A stretch of 64,000 bases of DNA from Amphiscolops sp. MND2022 (Eukaryota). Shown piece after piece: positions 48,907-61,829 of this stretch. The position numbers and the translations under genes are program-made. The DNA lies in assembly GCA_964187785.1 (NCBI GenBank), contig OZ076412.1:37510001-37574000 (forward strand), written 5' to 3'. A model generated the notes under the pieces. It saw only the letters and a program-made list of their open reading frames with translations. It did no database searches and had not been told where the DNA came from. The number at the start of each line of letters is the position of its first letter. Position 1 is the stretch's first letter.

Positions 48907-50473
48907 CTGAAAGAATGGCACACATGAATGGCAGGAATGTCTCATATGAATATTGCACCTTGCAATGAATAAAACGATTATACTGGTTTTCATTCCATTC
49001 TATCTCATAAAACATGTATAAAAATGGAATGCGGTGAAACTGGGAACTAATTCAGTTTTATGCTAAATTGTTTGTTGTATTCTGAAGCTAAGGTAGTAAA
49101 AACACGATTGTAAAATAATAGTCTTTTTCTGTATCACTATCTTGTTGTATCAAAGTATAAACAAAAATGAGAACATTGCAATTTATCATGCTAGTTTGTT
49201 AGTAAACAACTTGCTAGAATGTCTAGACCGAAACTCGGTAAAGTTCAATCGGAATCACCGTATTACAAGGTCATCTTTTAGACCAAGCAGAAATTTTGTT
49301 TTCTGTTTTCACTTCTAATTACAAATTGTCGTTGATGCCGTTATATGTAAAATCAAGGATATATTGCACCAAGAACTGAAGTTTGATCAAAACCTAACGT
49401 TTAGGAAAGGCTCAAATTTCAGCCAGTGCTAAATTGAAACAAATTGGAACAGCTGTTTTCATGCATGCACTGTTGAATATCTTCAACTGGTAAAGTCCAG
49501 GGGCCTGGAAAACCCCACACTATTACAATACAGCTATATTTTTTCAACCAAAGATGAGTAATTCAACTCTATTAACGACTCCATCGCTTTGCATTCAGGT
49601 TTTGATTTCTCACTGAATCAATAAAGATAATCACCCTTATACGCTGATTTTCATTTCATAAAGTGATTGAAGATGCTTTACAAAAAAATAGTAAAGCTGA
49701 GAAGATCTCAACTGAGTGTAAAAAAATGAAACCAATTGATATTTTAACCTGATGACTCCACAGCTACGAATTGCCGCCGTTTTTATGACGCATTTTCCAA
49801 AATACTTCATGCCTGTGTTTTATTTAGTCAACATAAATGTACCTGGCAACATCAGATAACCCGTGCAAGTATCAAGCTATTTCAACCAGGATCAACCTGA
49901 GCCGTCATAGTTCGACATTGCAATGGACGTTCTCGACTAGACCAGATCTTTAACGCTTGAGCCAAAGGTTCGAAACTGCAGTACTGTTTAAAGTTCATCT
50001 TCTAAGAGGTGCCAACTGCGATATCCAAAATCTCAAAACCTATTGCAAATTAAGAAATTTCTGAAAGAGGAGAATTTGATCTGGTTCAAAAACGTGTTTA
50101 TTCATAATTCCTTCGCAATTGTCACAAAAATATAGATGACTATTTTAACGACATTTTAAAGGTTTTTGGTGTTTGACATTGTAAAGGTTTTTGGTGAAGT
50201 TGTCTTGGGCGTTTGATTGTCCAATAAATTCTTTCTCAGATGAGTTTTGTGTTTAAGCATTACAGAAGAACGTTCTGAAGTCGCTGTAACTTTTGTTTTC
50301 AAAAGTTTTTTTGAAAATTTGAATAGAACTAGTCTATTGCGTACCATAGAAATTAAATTTACAAGTTTATACAAGTTTATAACTTTGCTAGTTATTTTCG
50401 TCCTTGATATATATCTTTCTTTATATATATGCTGCATGGAACTTTTGCAGTATATGCTGCACTATATATATAA

Positions 50474-51003
50474 AACTTTTTACATGCTGCATGGAAACAT
50501 GCAGTCTAATTTTTTATAAAACATGGAAAATTCCGGGACCGTGCATGGAAACATTTTGTAGGATTACAATGCAGCCTTCACTATTTGAATTAAAACTGAA
50601 AACAATTCCACTTCATCGCCGCAGCGATCACTTTGTTTTCACGCGTAAGTTTCTCATGTAAGTACCTTATGTAATCACCGTTAGCCAATTAGCACGCTGA
50701 ATATGACGCTACTTTGAAACTTATAATGTGACTGAAATTTGTTTGCATTGAAAACGCGGTAAAACTGATTAAGGTCTCAGCTGCTTTCAAAATTAGAACG
50801 GCGTCTTTATGAAACCTGCAAAACGTCGCGGCGCAGAATTGCCGCCAAATTTAAGATGCATTTTATAGGCAGCTTGATAAAATTAAATCGAATCAGTGAA
50901 GATGTAATGCATGGACTTTTCTTTGAGAGTTTTATAAAACCATGGAAAATTAGCTTGGTAACCTACAAAAACATGTAAAAAGTTCAAGCAGTTCCAACCA
51001 GGG
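50474..51003. mobile_element. Inverted, near-identical copy of the 47743-48291 MITE (one end lost)
   Basis: About 8 differences over ~515 bp versus the reverse complement of 47743-48291; left TIR replaced by AT-rich rearranged sequence. Confidence 0.9.
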
Positions 51004-52732
51004 ATATTTTCAGTTCTGCAATATTCAGTTAAAATTTTGACGCAAATGATCATTAAAAAACTCTAAAAACAGTGCAAAAACTTCAAAAATAATTGAATGT
51101 GGTTTTTCTTGAATCAGAAGAAATATTTTTACAGACTTTGAGCAAAAAGAGTTTCATCGCTGACTGAGAAGTGTCTCTCAATGTTTTGTGGTTTAGTACT
51201 AGACGTCTAGACAACCACGCCACAGTTAAGACGCCACACGTAACCGGTATCTGATGACAATTAGGTTCAACAGAGAAAAACTCATTTGTAAACTTGATTA
51301 GATTAAGCTTTTGAGAGATACGAGAAAAAAAGAGACTTTTGCTTTTAATTAATCTTTTTTACTAAGTAAACATCTGATTACAACAGTTGTTAATTTCTAT
51401 TTTTTGAGAAACTGCTGTAACTATTGGGACTATTTAAATTTCGTGGAACCTAGCAGACTCCAAAATAGTACAGTAGCTGAATTGAGAGAGCATTCGTTCG
51501 ATAGATTCGAAGATGCAGATTTGATTTTGTAGAAACGACAGTGAAACAATCACCTGGGACTGACTGTGTTAACTGGCTAATTATGGTGGAGTAGCAATGA
51601 TCATTCCTGGAAGTCCTAAAAACTAACCAGCGCTCCACTTGAAGCAGTGAAATGAGAAACCAGCTCTGAAACCTGAGCTCTGTTCAGTTTCAAAATTCAT
51701 GTCTGTAACAAAATAACAATATCCTAGAATTTGAGAAAGATGATGAAAATGAGCAGATGTTTCAAAAGTCTCCCATCTTGAAAAGTTAGCCAATGACTTC
51801 GGACTAACATGAAAAAGTTAACCAAGAATGGAATTCAATAATATTTGAAGTAATTGCAAGATATCACTAGAGAACATTTAATAGGTTCTCATTCCCATGT
51901 AAAAGTTATTCAACCTAGAATTGGCATCTATCATGCCGTTCTTGCGTTTTCCTTCTCATTAAAGTATCAGCGTATAACTGTTTATCCGTACTTTTAGTAC
52001 TAATTTTTCATTCCAAGTAACAAGAGTCCGCTCTATTCCAAAATTATCGTAAAATATTCCTATGGTCTTGATGCCATCAAACGATAAGCGACACATTAAT
52101 TGAAGAGTGTTAGTCACAGAAGAACTTCGCTGGCAGATAAATTGAAAGCAAGCATCACTTTCATTGGAAGTGTCAGTTCTAAGAATCTTTCCACTTAAAC
52201 ACAGGCTTTCACCAATGGTTCAGATCCAACAAACAAAAACTTTGAAACGCAAGATGTCATTTTTTCATGTTTTGAACCAAGTCACAATTGGGAACGAAAG
52301 GAAACTGTGACAGGCTTCAAAAATAGTGGATTAGGCTAAGATGACCAAAAATGACACCTTAACACATCGAAAAAACTGCCAAAAATTGAATACATGAAAG
52401 CTGGAATACTTGAAACGACTTTCAAAGGCAAAAGAGCATGAAAACTATCTCCGATACCAAAAAGATGGAAAAAATCCCTTGAATGAAAAAAAACAATTAT
52501 CCGGAACTTATTTCAAGATGCTACAAAGTCTAGTTCTTTCATCTATTTTACACAGCCTATTATATTACTTCACACGCGATACGTGCGCGCGATTCATGAA
52601 CTTTGAACAAAGTTTTCTATTCTCAAAGACCTAAGTAGCGTCTCAAGACTTGCCAAAAGGATTCTCTTTCCAAGAACATCCTGAACAGGTACACGAATCC
52701 AAGTAGCTCCTGCTTGGTGCCCTCAACAGCAG

Positions 52733-53272
52733 AACAAGACGGGAACGTCAAAAGCCGGCGCTATATCTAAGGCTCAAAAAGCGCAAAGTTTTCAAAATTG
52801 TAAAAGGGGGACCCTTTGAGCTTTTTGAAAGTCCAGTTTGTTGCAAAAAATCAAACAAAAGGGGACCCTTTGGAAACATTTATAAACTTTCGAACAAAAA
52901 GAAAAATAAGACATTTGAAAGTCTCATAGGGCCAAAAAAATCAAAAGGGGAGACCCTTTGGGCGATCTGAAACTTCAGTCTGCTGCAAAGTATCAAAAAA
53001 TTTGAAGGGGGACCTTTTGGAGACAAAAAACTCGAAAACAAAGACGCACAGAGCAGAAAAACATTCAAAGGCGCGACCCTATTGTCCGGTTTTGTGTCTT
53101 ACGTTACAAAATGTGCACTAACTTAGATGCGTTTTCGCTTGCCGGTCCAATAATTTCGTAGTTCAGTAGAAAAAGTGTCCACTACGCATACATTCTGTTG
53201 TCTGACGAAAAACAAACCTTTACTGTAATTGTTGGGTTTTTTCTTTTCAAAGGAAAAGGCGCTGACTGAAAA
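52733..53272 (-). mobile_element. AGTCGGCGC-subTIR family copy 4
   Basis: GACG-GGAA-CGTC stem-loop 52738-52749, AAGCCGGCGCTATATCTAAGGCTCAAAAA, GGGGACCCTTT modules, and degenerate end GGCGCTGACTGAAAA at 53258-53272. Confidence 0.6.
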
Positions 53273-54799
53273 CACTGCTTTTTCAATCTAGATTGTTTTA
53301 AACTGTTAAGGTGCTTTCTGTCAGAAGAACTTATAAAATACTATTTTCTGAGGTTTCGGGCTGAAAAATTTTCACAGTTTTTTTATTGTTATAGAGTGTT
53401 TTTATTTCAAATAAGAGAAATTCACAAGAATCTAACTCTATTAGTAAAAAACGGTTTTCGGTGAGTAAGTTCGTCTCTTTCTATCGCCTACCCGCATCCG
53501 CAAAATCTCTCCAGTTGCTCAAGTCAGATCTACTTTTGTAACAATGAACACTAAAGAACAAGTATTCCCAATTCAGCCAACTAAGTCGAAGCGCATAACA
53601 CAAGTTCGCGACTTGTAATAACTCAACTTTCAGCCCCAACTTTCTCGTGATCTAATCTCATATTCTATCATACTTGACGTTTATATTACTAGGCGTCGGC
53701 ATCTGAAATTTGCGAGTGGTGGCTTTCATGTTTACAACGTTTTTATGGCATAGTAAGCGCCTCTACTTAAACTTCGACTAAATGTGCGTTGCCGCCACTA
53801 ACAAATAGTTTGTCAACTTGTCCGAAGTTTGCATTTCCAGGATAACTAAAGTCTCCCAAGAATATCATAAATTACAGACGATCGCTCAATACCCTTCTTT
53901 TACATGCTTCACATGTTCCTCAGCTTGCAAAGTACTTTTCCAACAGCATAGGAATTGTATATTGCGTATCCTCCCACCTAATTGAAATGGAAACATTACC
54001 ACGCAAAAGCGGATGATTTATATGTTTTTTGTACGTTTTCCACAGGTTCACAGATTGACCCCTGAGGGGACCTCGAGGCCCGTCTGTGACCTTGAGACTT
54101 CTATGAGCAATCGAATACGTTCGTTATTGCTGTTCGTTCGAGATTTTACAAATCAAGGTCAAATGTCTCCTTGTGATCGTGCTTGCGCATCCAGTCATGC
54201 GTACCTTGAATAAACAATACTTCGCGCGCAATGTGCCTAATAATGTACTTTTCATGTCTTGTTTAGGTTTGGTCGGCGGTTATCTTGAGCAAGTGTCGTG
54301 TTCGTAAGGTCATTTGGTAAAGATTTACATAGCAATCGGGGTTCGTCTTTACAGGGTTCGTTCACACCCTACGCGTGTCTTAGGGTCAGAAAAATATGCA
54401 AATGGTTGAATATTCCATGGACTACTAATTCCATATAAGATATGATCCATCCCGTGCTCTGCCGAAGCACCTGTAGTCTCTCGCTCCAGCTCGCTAAGCA
54501 TGTTTCAAGTTGGTCTAAAAGCTCTAATCTGCTCACTCTACTCAGCGACGTTCACATTGAGGAGGCCTGCAAAAACGTTGCGTTGGAACTTTTCAATTTT
54601 TTTTCAAAACTGATTAGAAGAAGTTCAGCATTGTTTCACTGTGCCCTTGAGCGAAACACGTTTTTTGAGTCAAATTTCACCTGGAGTCACCAGGGAAGTT
54701 TTAAATCTAAAAAATTATCTCATTATAGAACTAATATCTTTATTCGGATCCCTTAGCACAAAGCTTTCGTTAACACAGGCGTTGAGGTAGGATCGACGT

Positions 54800-55009
54800 A
54801 ATTTGAAAAATGTCTTGTTCTGCAGTACTCATCTGTTCAAGGTGCGACAACGTAGTATCAATTTATCAATTCTTTAGCTCCGATGTCAGTCGTTGACGTA
54901 GTAGTGACCCGGGTAACGAACCACATCGGAGCTAAAGAATTGATAAATTTATACTACGTTGTCGCACCTTGAACATATGAGTACTGCAGACCAAGACATT
55001 TTTCAAATT
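54800..55009. repeat. Long hairpin: 87-bp arms, 36-nt loop
   Basis: 54800-54886 vs reverse complement of 54923-55009: 84/87 identical, no gaps. Confidence 0.95.
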
Positions 55010-55994
55010 GGCTATTTCTATTTACTAGTTTGCTCTGATTGTTTGATGTAGGTTGTATAATTCAAACCGTGATAGTTGTCCTAACGTCATTAATCAAATA
55101 CCAGTGTATTGTTAACCTCGCGAATTATAGGTGAGATGTCTTCGTTCTGAAAATATATTACCCACCGTACCGTCACCACTCGAGCGAACACCGTACCCAT
55201 GTTAAGCACTCCCTGCGAATCTGTACAGATCTGTACAGATCCTGAAAGATATTCCAGGATTTGTCGAAAATTAACCAGTCATAAATACAGTTTTGAAGTT
55301 GAAATTAGTTAATTAAAAGTGCTCTACAAGATAACCACGCCTCCTTAATTGAAGTTTCAAAAAAGTTTCTGTGCGAATCTGTACAGATCTGTACAGATCC
55401 TGACAGATATTCCAGGATTTGTCAAACCTTAGCTATTCGAAAATGACCAATAAATTAGTATAACGTATTCCAAGTTTCCAGCAAATACTAAAACTACTCC
55501 AGCAAACCATGTGCCCAAAATATTACAACCACAGCACTTTATCAACACCTCTACCAACCCAGAAGGTTGCCACATGTCAAATTTCATTCATCAAAATTAA
55601 GGCAATATGGCAAACGAGCCTCTCAAAGTTGAAAAACTACTTCTGGAAAGTTCAAGTGAAATGGATAAATTATCGTGTGTAACCAAAACCGAACATTCCC
55701 CATACACCAAAATTTGCGTGATGGGGATAACATTTCCTGCTAGAGAATGTTCAGTGATCGTGAGTTTCAACTGACTGACCCTTGGTCAACTAGCATACTT
55801 GTTGAAGAAGCCCAAAAATAAAATACATAGTTTCACTAGAAGGCCCGGAAAAAATTTTCCTAAGAAATCTGTACAGAAAAACTTTAAAAATCGGTAAAGA
55901 TCCTTGCAGATCTGCAGTTGTCTTTACGTAGCAGTGGCACGATCCAGGACAACAGACAGTATTGAATTTCAGAATCTGTAGCTTTGTTGGTAGC

Positions 55995-56543
55995 CCCTTG
56001 TTGAAACTTCTTGAACTTTTTGCATGTACTTTAATGTTGCCAGCAACTTTTATTATGATTTTCTAAAACTCTTACGGAAACTTTAAGGAGAAAATATTTA
56101 CCTGTTGTATTCGACTTTTATCAAGCTGCTTGAAAGATTCATCAAAGTTTTGGCGGCAATTTTACGCCTTGAAGTTTTGCAGGTTTCATTAAGTAGCAGT
56201 TCTAATTTTGAAAGCAAATAAATTGCTCTCAGTTTAACAGCCATTTGTATGCAAAAATACTTCAGTCACCTAATAAACTGCAATATACCGTCATGTTTAG
56301 CGTCCTATTTGAGACGCGGTGATCACATCAGATGAGTAGTTGAGAAAGCAAATTGTAAATACAATAAGGTCGTGTCGGTGATGATGTTATATCTATTTTC
56401 AAATTTAATTGCAGTAGCTGAAAATGCAGTGTAATTCTACAAGATTTACCACCTGAATTACCCTGAATTTTCTAGGTTTTATAGACAATTACCCTGCATG
56501 CAGGCCTGCATCATGTAAAAAGTTCCTGCAGTCTCAACTAGGG
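55995..56543. mobile_element. Diverged complete CCC...GGG MITE with 2-bp TSD
   Basis: CCCTTGTTGAAACTTCTTGAACTTT ... AAAGTTCCTGCAGTCTCAACTAGGG; GC on both flanks. Confidence 0.75.
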
Positions 56544-59500
56544 GCGTGAACAGCGCAGTATAAGAGGTACGTTGCTCAAGACGCTTTTGGTGAAAGTTTT
56601 TGTTTACTTTCTTTCACTTTTCTTTGACTAGACTTTGCAAGATCACGAATATTCTTGGCCCTCGTGTTAAGAAATTTGCCAAGATTCTTTCAAGAGTTTC
56701 AAAAAGTTTCAGATTGAGCTGACCTTCATTCTCTGCTCTCCAGTGCAAAATCTCTTATAATTCTTGATTAGAATCTTGCCATTTTTGGAACCTTCGCTTA
56801 GAGTCTTCTTGGCAAGATTTTCATCAAGAGTGCCAAGAATGTGTACTATTTTGGAAGATCTTGCCAAATTATCCAAGAGAAAAGCTATCAAATTTGAATA
56901 AAAACGAACAAAAACCGACACAAATTGCGGCTTGATTATCGTACCTATTATTAAAGATTCTGTTTCGTTACTTTGTGTTTTGCTTAAACCAACAGTTTAA
57001 AGAAAGACGGTGCAGCTGGTAGTGTGAACAATAGCAAATTATTTGTAAACAAAATTTTCTTGAGACTGTTAAAACTTTTTCCAAGATTCCTCACCAAGAC
57101 TTTCAAGAGTAAACGGGAATATGTAAGAATAAGCGAGATCTAGGTCAAGAGCGTCAAAGTATTTTGCCTTGGGAATGAAGCAAAAACAGAGGCTTCTTGA
57201 AAACAACGTAACAAGGTATTCCAACAATCGTAGTACTTCTGATAATTCGAATAATGATTGCAAGGGTAGGCCAAAAATTGCTGACGAGAAAGTAGTTGCA
57301 CTTAACTAATTTGTTTCTTAACGAAATAATTATTTGCATTTCAAATTTTCCATAACCAACTCAATGCCATTGTAAGCAGCTCTATCATGCAAATGGAGCG
57401 CTTTTTGTTATTGGTGTTTCAGTAAATTCACAAAATGAAATTGGAAGTCGCCATGTCAAATACCCGTATATGCTCTCACTGTATGTGGGAACAAAAATTA
57501 GCAACTGCTGAATTATCTGAGGACTCGCAGATTTCAGAAAATTTGCCGATGCTGATGAAAACTAATGGTGCCTCGAAACTTTCTTTTTCTGTTAATATAT
57601 TTCTGATGAAAAATCTGGATAGTATATCGTTGTAATCTCTCTGTTAAGAAATGATTTCAACATAAAATTGCTTTCTTCAGTCAATCTTAAGCTAATGAGT
57701 GGAGTTTAACATAATGCCCATAATGAGACAGTAGCAGGTACTTCAGACTAAAACTAATTAGCAACAACGTAAATAGCTTGATGTCTAAGTTTGCATACTT
57801 ATACTTCAAGCTACAATTGACTGGGCAGCGTTCCACAGATTAGTTTCACTTTATAAAATTCAAAGATCAGATAGTTGATGGCAATTAAATGGCAATGTGT
57901 GAAATTCTTCACTCTGGGTCAAGTTTTCAGCTTCACAATTTCTGGAAGTTGTGGATGTAGTCTCGAATTGGAATTCGTTTGATCCAGTATCCGGGTTTTC
58001 TGGATCCTTATCAGATATCTTAGAAGAAAGATTTTCTATCATCTTCAATATTTCTCTCTGATTGGTCTCAGTTTCCTTAAGCGCTTCTACAAACGGACTT
58101 TTCGACTCTTTCAGAAATTTAAGAGAAACTATCGGATATACTGGGCGCGTTCTCTGCCCTTATACATGCTGCTTCTGGCTCCTCCTCTGAGTTTGTAGGG
58201 GAATCTCTCCTTGCTTTCCTTTTCGAAGCCTTTTCTGGCATTTTGAATTTGAGTTTTGGGCGATGTTGTTGCTGTTTTGCAAAAGCAATATTTATTCAAC
58301 TGAACAAACATAGCTCCTTCACCGTATTTATAATTATCACCATCAAAAGTGTGGGAACAAGGCAAACAACCATCACGCTTCGTTCAGCCCGGTGTCCATC
58401 CAAGGCAGTGAAACCGAGAGTTCAGCTCAGCTTTGTCGAACTCAGACTTTCAGTTTGTCGATACCTTCCGGGGAAAGTAAGCGTCCACTTCCTGTCTGAG
58501 TTGCGACTCCGCTTCCCTTCGCCTCCAATTCCCGCCTTTTTAAGACGCCGGAGCTGAACTCAGCAATGATGAGAGAGGAAATTAGTCCTTAATCACGCCC
58601 AAAGGACGAAAAAACGGAACAAAACAATGACACTCGCAATCAATTAACACAATCAACTCAAAATACTGCGCAAAAGGAATGATTATGTGAAATACAACAG
58701 TAAATTGCCCTTTATATTCACTCACAGAACATTGGTAGTGTAACTTGATCGAAAGCTAAACATCCCGGGCCCAGGCCAAAGTCCAGGACATTTAAAAGTT
58801 CAAACTACGTTCACATGAAAACATGGTTAAACAACAGCAACTGGTATATTACGTGAAAGGTTATTGCATTAAAAATACTGTTTAGCACATTGGTTACCCT
58901 GTTTGGCTAGTAGATCAATCAGGGCAAATCTCACAACACGTTATAATTCATTGAGTTACATTGAGGGAGGGAAGCTCGGGCCCAGGGCACTGTCTGGGAC
59001 GTTTAATTAATTAACATTTATATGTGACAGAATTATATAACATGTAATACATTATAGCCACTTCATAGACAGCAATATTGGGGAATGTTTCCCTGCACTG
59101 TATGATCTCAGACTTTATTAGCGCAATCCATCTTTCTAACGGATTTTACTATCCCTTTGGCCTGGGACACGTCCTGGGCCAAATTACATGTCGATCAAAG
59201 TTTTAAAGCATTTACCGGATATAATCAATCATCACACTTATTGCATCATTCCAAACTATCGTTTTAATCTTTTCACAAGTTTATATGTACGTAGCATTAA
59301 CGTGTTTAGCATTGAATTGGAATAAACAAATATTCTGAGTTCAGGCGGCGCGTCAGGCCGGCGTCTCGCTTCATTCATTTGAGGCCGGCTGCCAGACCGC
59401 GGTACTGTAATTCTATTTCCGAGGCCGTTCGCCCTGTGCTACTATTTATATATTACCATATTAAATACTATTTACTGCGCGGTGGTTTCAGTTTGGTTAT

Positions 59501-59722
59501 TGCACAGTACATATGTATTTATATTAGTATACACATATAATTATGAATCTCTTTTTAATATTTTTTTAGCGCCAATAATTTAGGTTGTTAATGAGATAGT
59601 ATGTCAGTTGTTTTTCGCGTTGTCTCTTTGATTGTTCTTTCTTTCTATTTCCCGCTTTTTTTGCCATAGATTGGGTACTTTTTGCTGCAGTTCTCACAGC
59701 TCATCTGGGGCTGTGCTCCAAG

Positions 59723-59871
59723 GTGATCGCTACAATTGTTTTTGATAACATTGCTTGTTGATGGTTTTTTTATATATGAAGCAATTCTAGAGGACATGTC
59801 CTCTAGAAATGCTTCATATATAAAAACACCATCAACAAACAGTGTTATCAAAAAACAATTGTAGCAATCAC
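59723..59871. repeat. Spacer-less palindrome (~74-bp arms) centred at 59796/59797
   Basis: ...CTAGAGGACA|TGTCCTCTAG...; arms differ by about five substitutions and one 1-bp indel. Confidence 0.92.
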
Positions 59872-60698
59872 ATTGTCATTTAATTGCCATCAAATATCTG
59901 ATCTTTGAATTTTACAATTTGGAACTAATCTGTGGAACGCTGCCCAGTCAATTGTAGTATAAACATACACTTGATGACGCTATGAGGCTGGTTTAAAAAA
60001 TCATGCTTTTAACAGGTGTTACCAAATATTCACGACGCTCTTTACGCGTTAACGTAATATTTCATATTTACAAACCATTCCATAAAATTTTGGTGACAGT
60101 AAAATATTCGATATTGCTTATACACGGTAATTTTTCCATTTCACTTGAACGTTCCAGAAGTGGTTGTTGAAACTACCGATGATTGTTTGCCATATTGACT
60201 TCGTTTTGGCCAATGAAATGAATTGGGGGAGACTTTTTGAAAACGAAAAGCTATTTCATAACTCGAAATTTTGAAAGACCTAAGGGGGACCCTTTTGTGA
60301 TGTGAGGAAAAATTTCACAAATTCACGCACTTCCGAAAAGTACTCACACAACGTCTTGTTCGTGGAATGAAAAAAAAACTGGAAACGATTGAGGTCCGTT
60401 TTAATTTTTGGTTCATGCATATTTTTTGTAGATTTCCTGGTCACATCGACTGGACAAGAAACCTACGAAAAGTGACTGTAACAGAAAATGGAAACTTCGT
60501 GCTTGTTTGTGGACCGGACGTTTTTTTTCGTGTTTTTTTTTCAAATTCTACCCAATCACAACTCTATGTCAATTTCTGACTTTCACAGCGTTATCTTTTA
60601 ACATTTGAAAGGAAACGTTTCGAAATGGAGATATCGGCAACTTTGAAAGCACCAAATTACTAAATACCTGTAATATTGTTTTCGAGATTGCGTTCCAT

Positions 60699-60937
60699 GG
60701 GGAGCACGACAATTCGTACAAACGACATTTCGTATACACGACAACTCGTACAAAAACCAAAACCCGACATTTCGTACGGAGACGAAACCCGACATTTCGT
60801 AGAAAATAGAAAACCCGACATTTCGTACCTAAATATAATGATGCTTTACCCGCTTGTTTTTACCTCACTTTAATTTAAATTTTGTACGAAACGTCTTTTG
60901 TAAGAAATGTCGGGTTTCATTTTTGAACGTGGTGCCC
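60699..60937. mobile_element. Small MITE with CGACATTTCGTA subterminal repeats
   Basis: Termini GGGGAGCACG / revcomp GGGCACCACG (8/10); six direct units on the left and two inverted, degenerate units on the right. Confidence 0.65.
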
Positions 60938-61829
60938 GTTGCATGGAAGAACAATATAGAAGGGAAACATTCAAATCATTTCGTCTGAAAAAATGTTTTG
61001 CCTTTGTCCATGCGGTATTTGATGTTTGAAGGCTGTTCTTTAAAATCATCAGAACATGAAAATGTCAAAAGTCTTGAACAATTTACAATCTTAATCGAAG
61101 AATCGAAGCTTCCCTTCTCTTTTCTCACAACTTCTGACCGACAGTTATTTGGTGACCCGATGTCACTTTTTACGTTTTGTCCTTGCTTTGGAAGGTTACT
61201 TGGAACGGGAATACCAAGTTTGTTGGAATTGCTTGCCTTCAATTTTCGATAGACTATTTAGCCATAGCTTGACTTTAAATGAAGAGATTTTCTCTCATTC
61301 CTTAATGATGCTTCACTAAAAACTGAAAATCAGTCAATACTTTCAATCAGAAAAAATATGAAATAGTCTATTATTTCATCCAACTAAACACTGTATTTCA
61401 CTCAAAGTTGATGCTTTTTCAATTCTTCAATTTGCAGTTTTTCGTACGTGCGGTTGTTGGCCTGTCGACTGACGATTGTATCTAATACTTTTAACAATAT
61501 TTTGCCAATATATTTATTGAGAAGCCAACGGCGCATCACAACAACCTCGAGAGTTGATTTCAATGTCAGACTCAAGGCCGACATACAAACACAGGTGAGG
61601 CGATTCCAAATATTACGGTTATCAACTATTTTCCAGGAATAAAAACGAAAACAGAACAAAAACGACAACAGCTGTAGAAATTAACATGATGAATTGTTGC
61701 ATGAAAATAGGCTACTTTTCGTTACCAAAATACGCTGTCAGGAAAACGTTCGTGTCAGTTAGGGAACGTTTGTGCACAGGGAAATTAAAGATATCTGGTT
61801 TTTTTGTCAGTGACTGTGCATCAGTCTCA

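Noticed and set aside
53440-54320. Plus-strand multi-exon gene suggested by several strong acceptors and donors
   Set aside because: The exon chains I tried hit stop codons; no recognisable product.
58566-58612. Hammerhead ribozyme (GTCCTT...AAGGAC-GAAA resembles stem II)
   Set aside because: The CTGATGA core is not adjacent (ATGATGAG lies 11 nt upstream without the C), and no stems I/III or NUH site were found.
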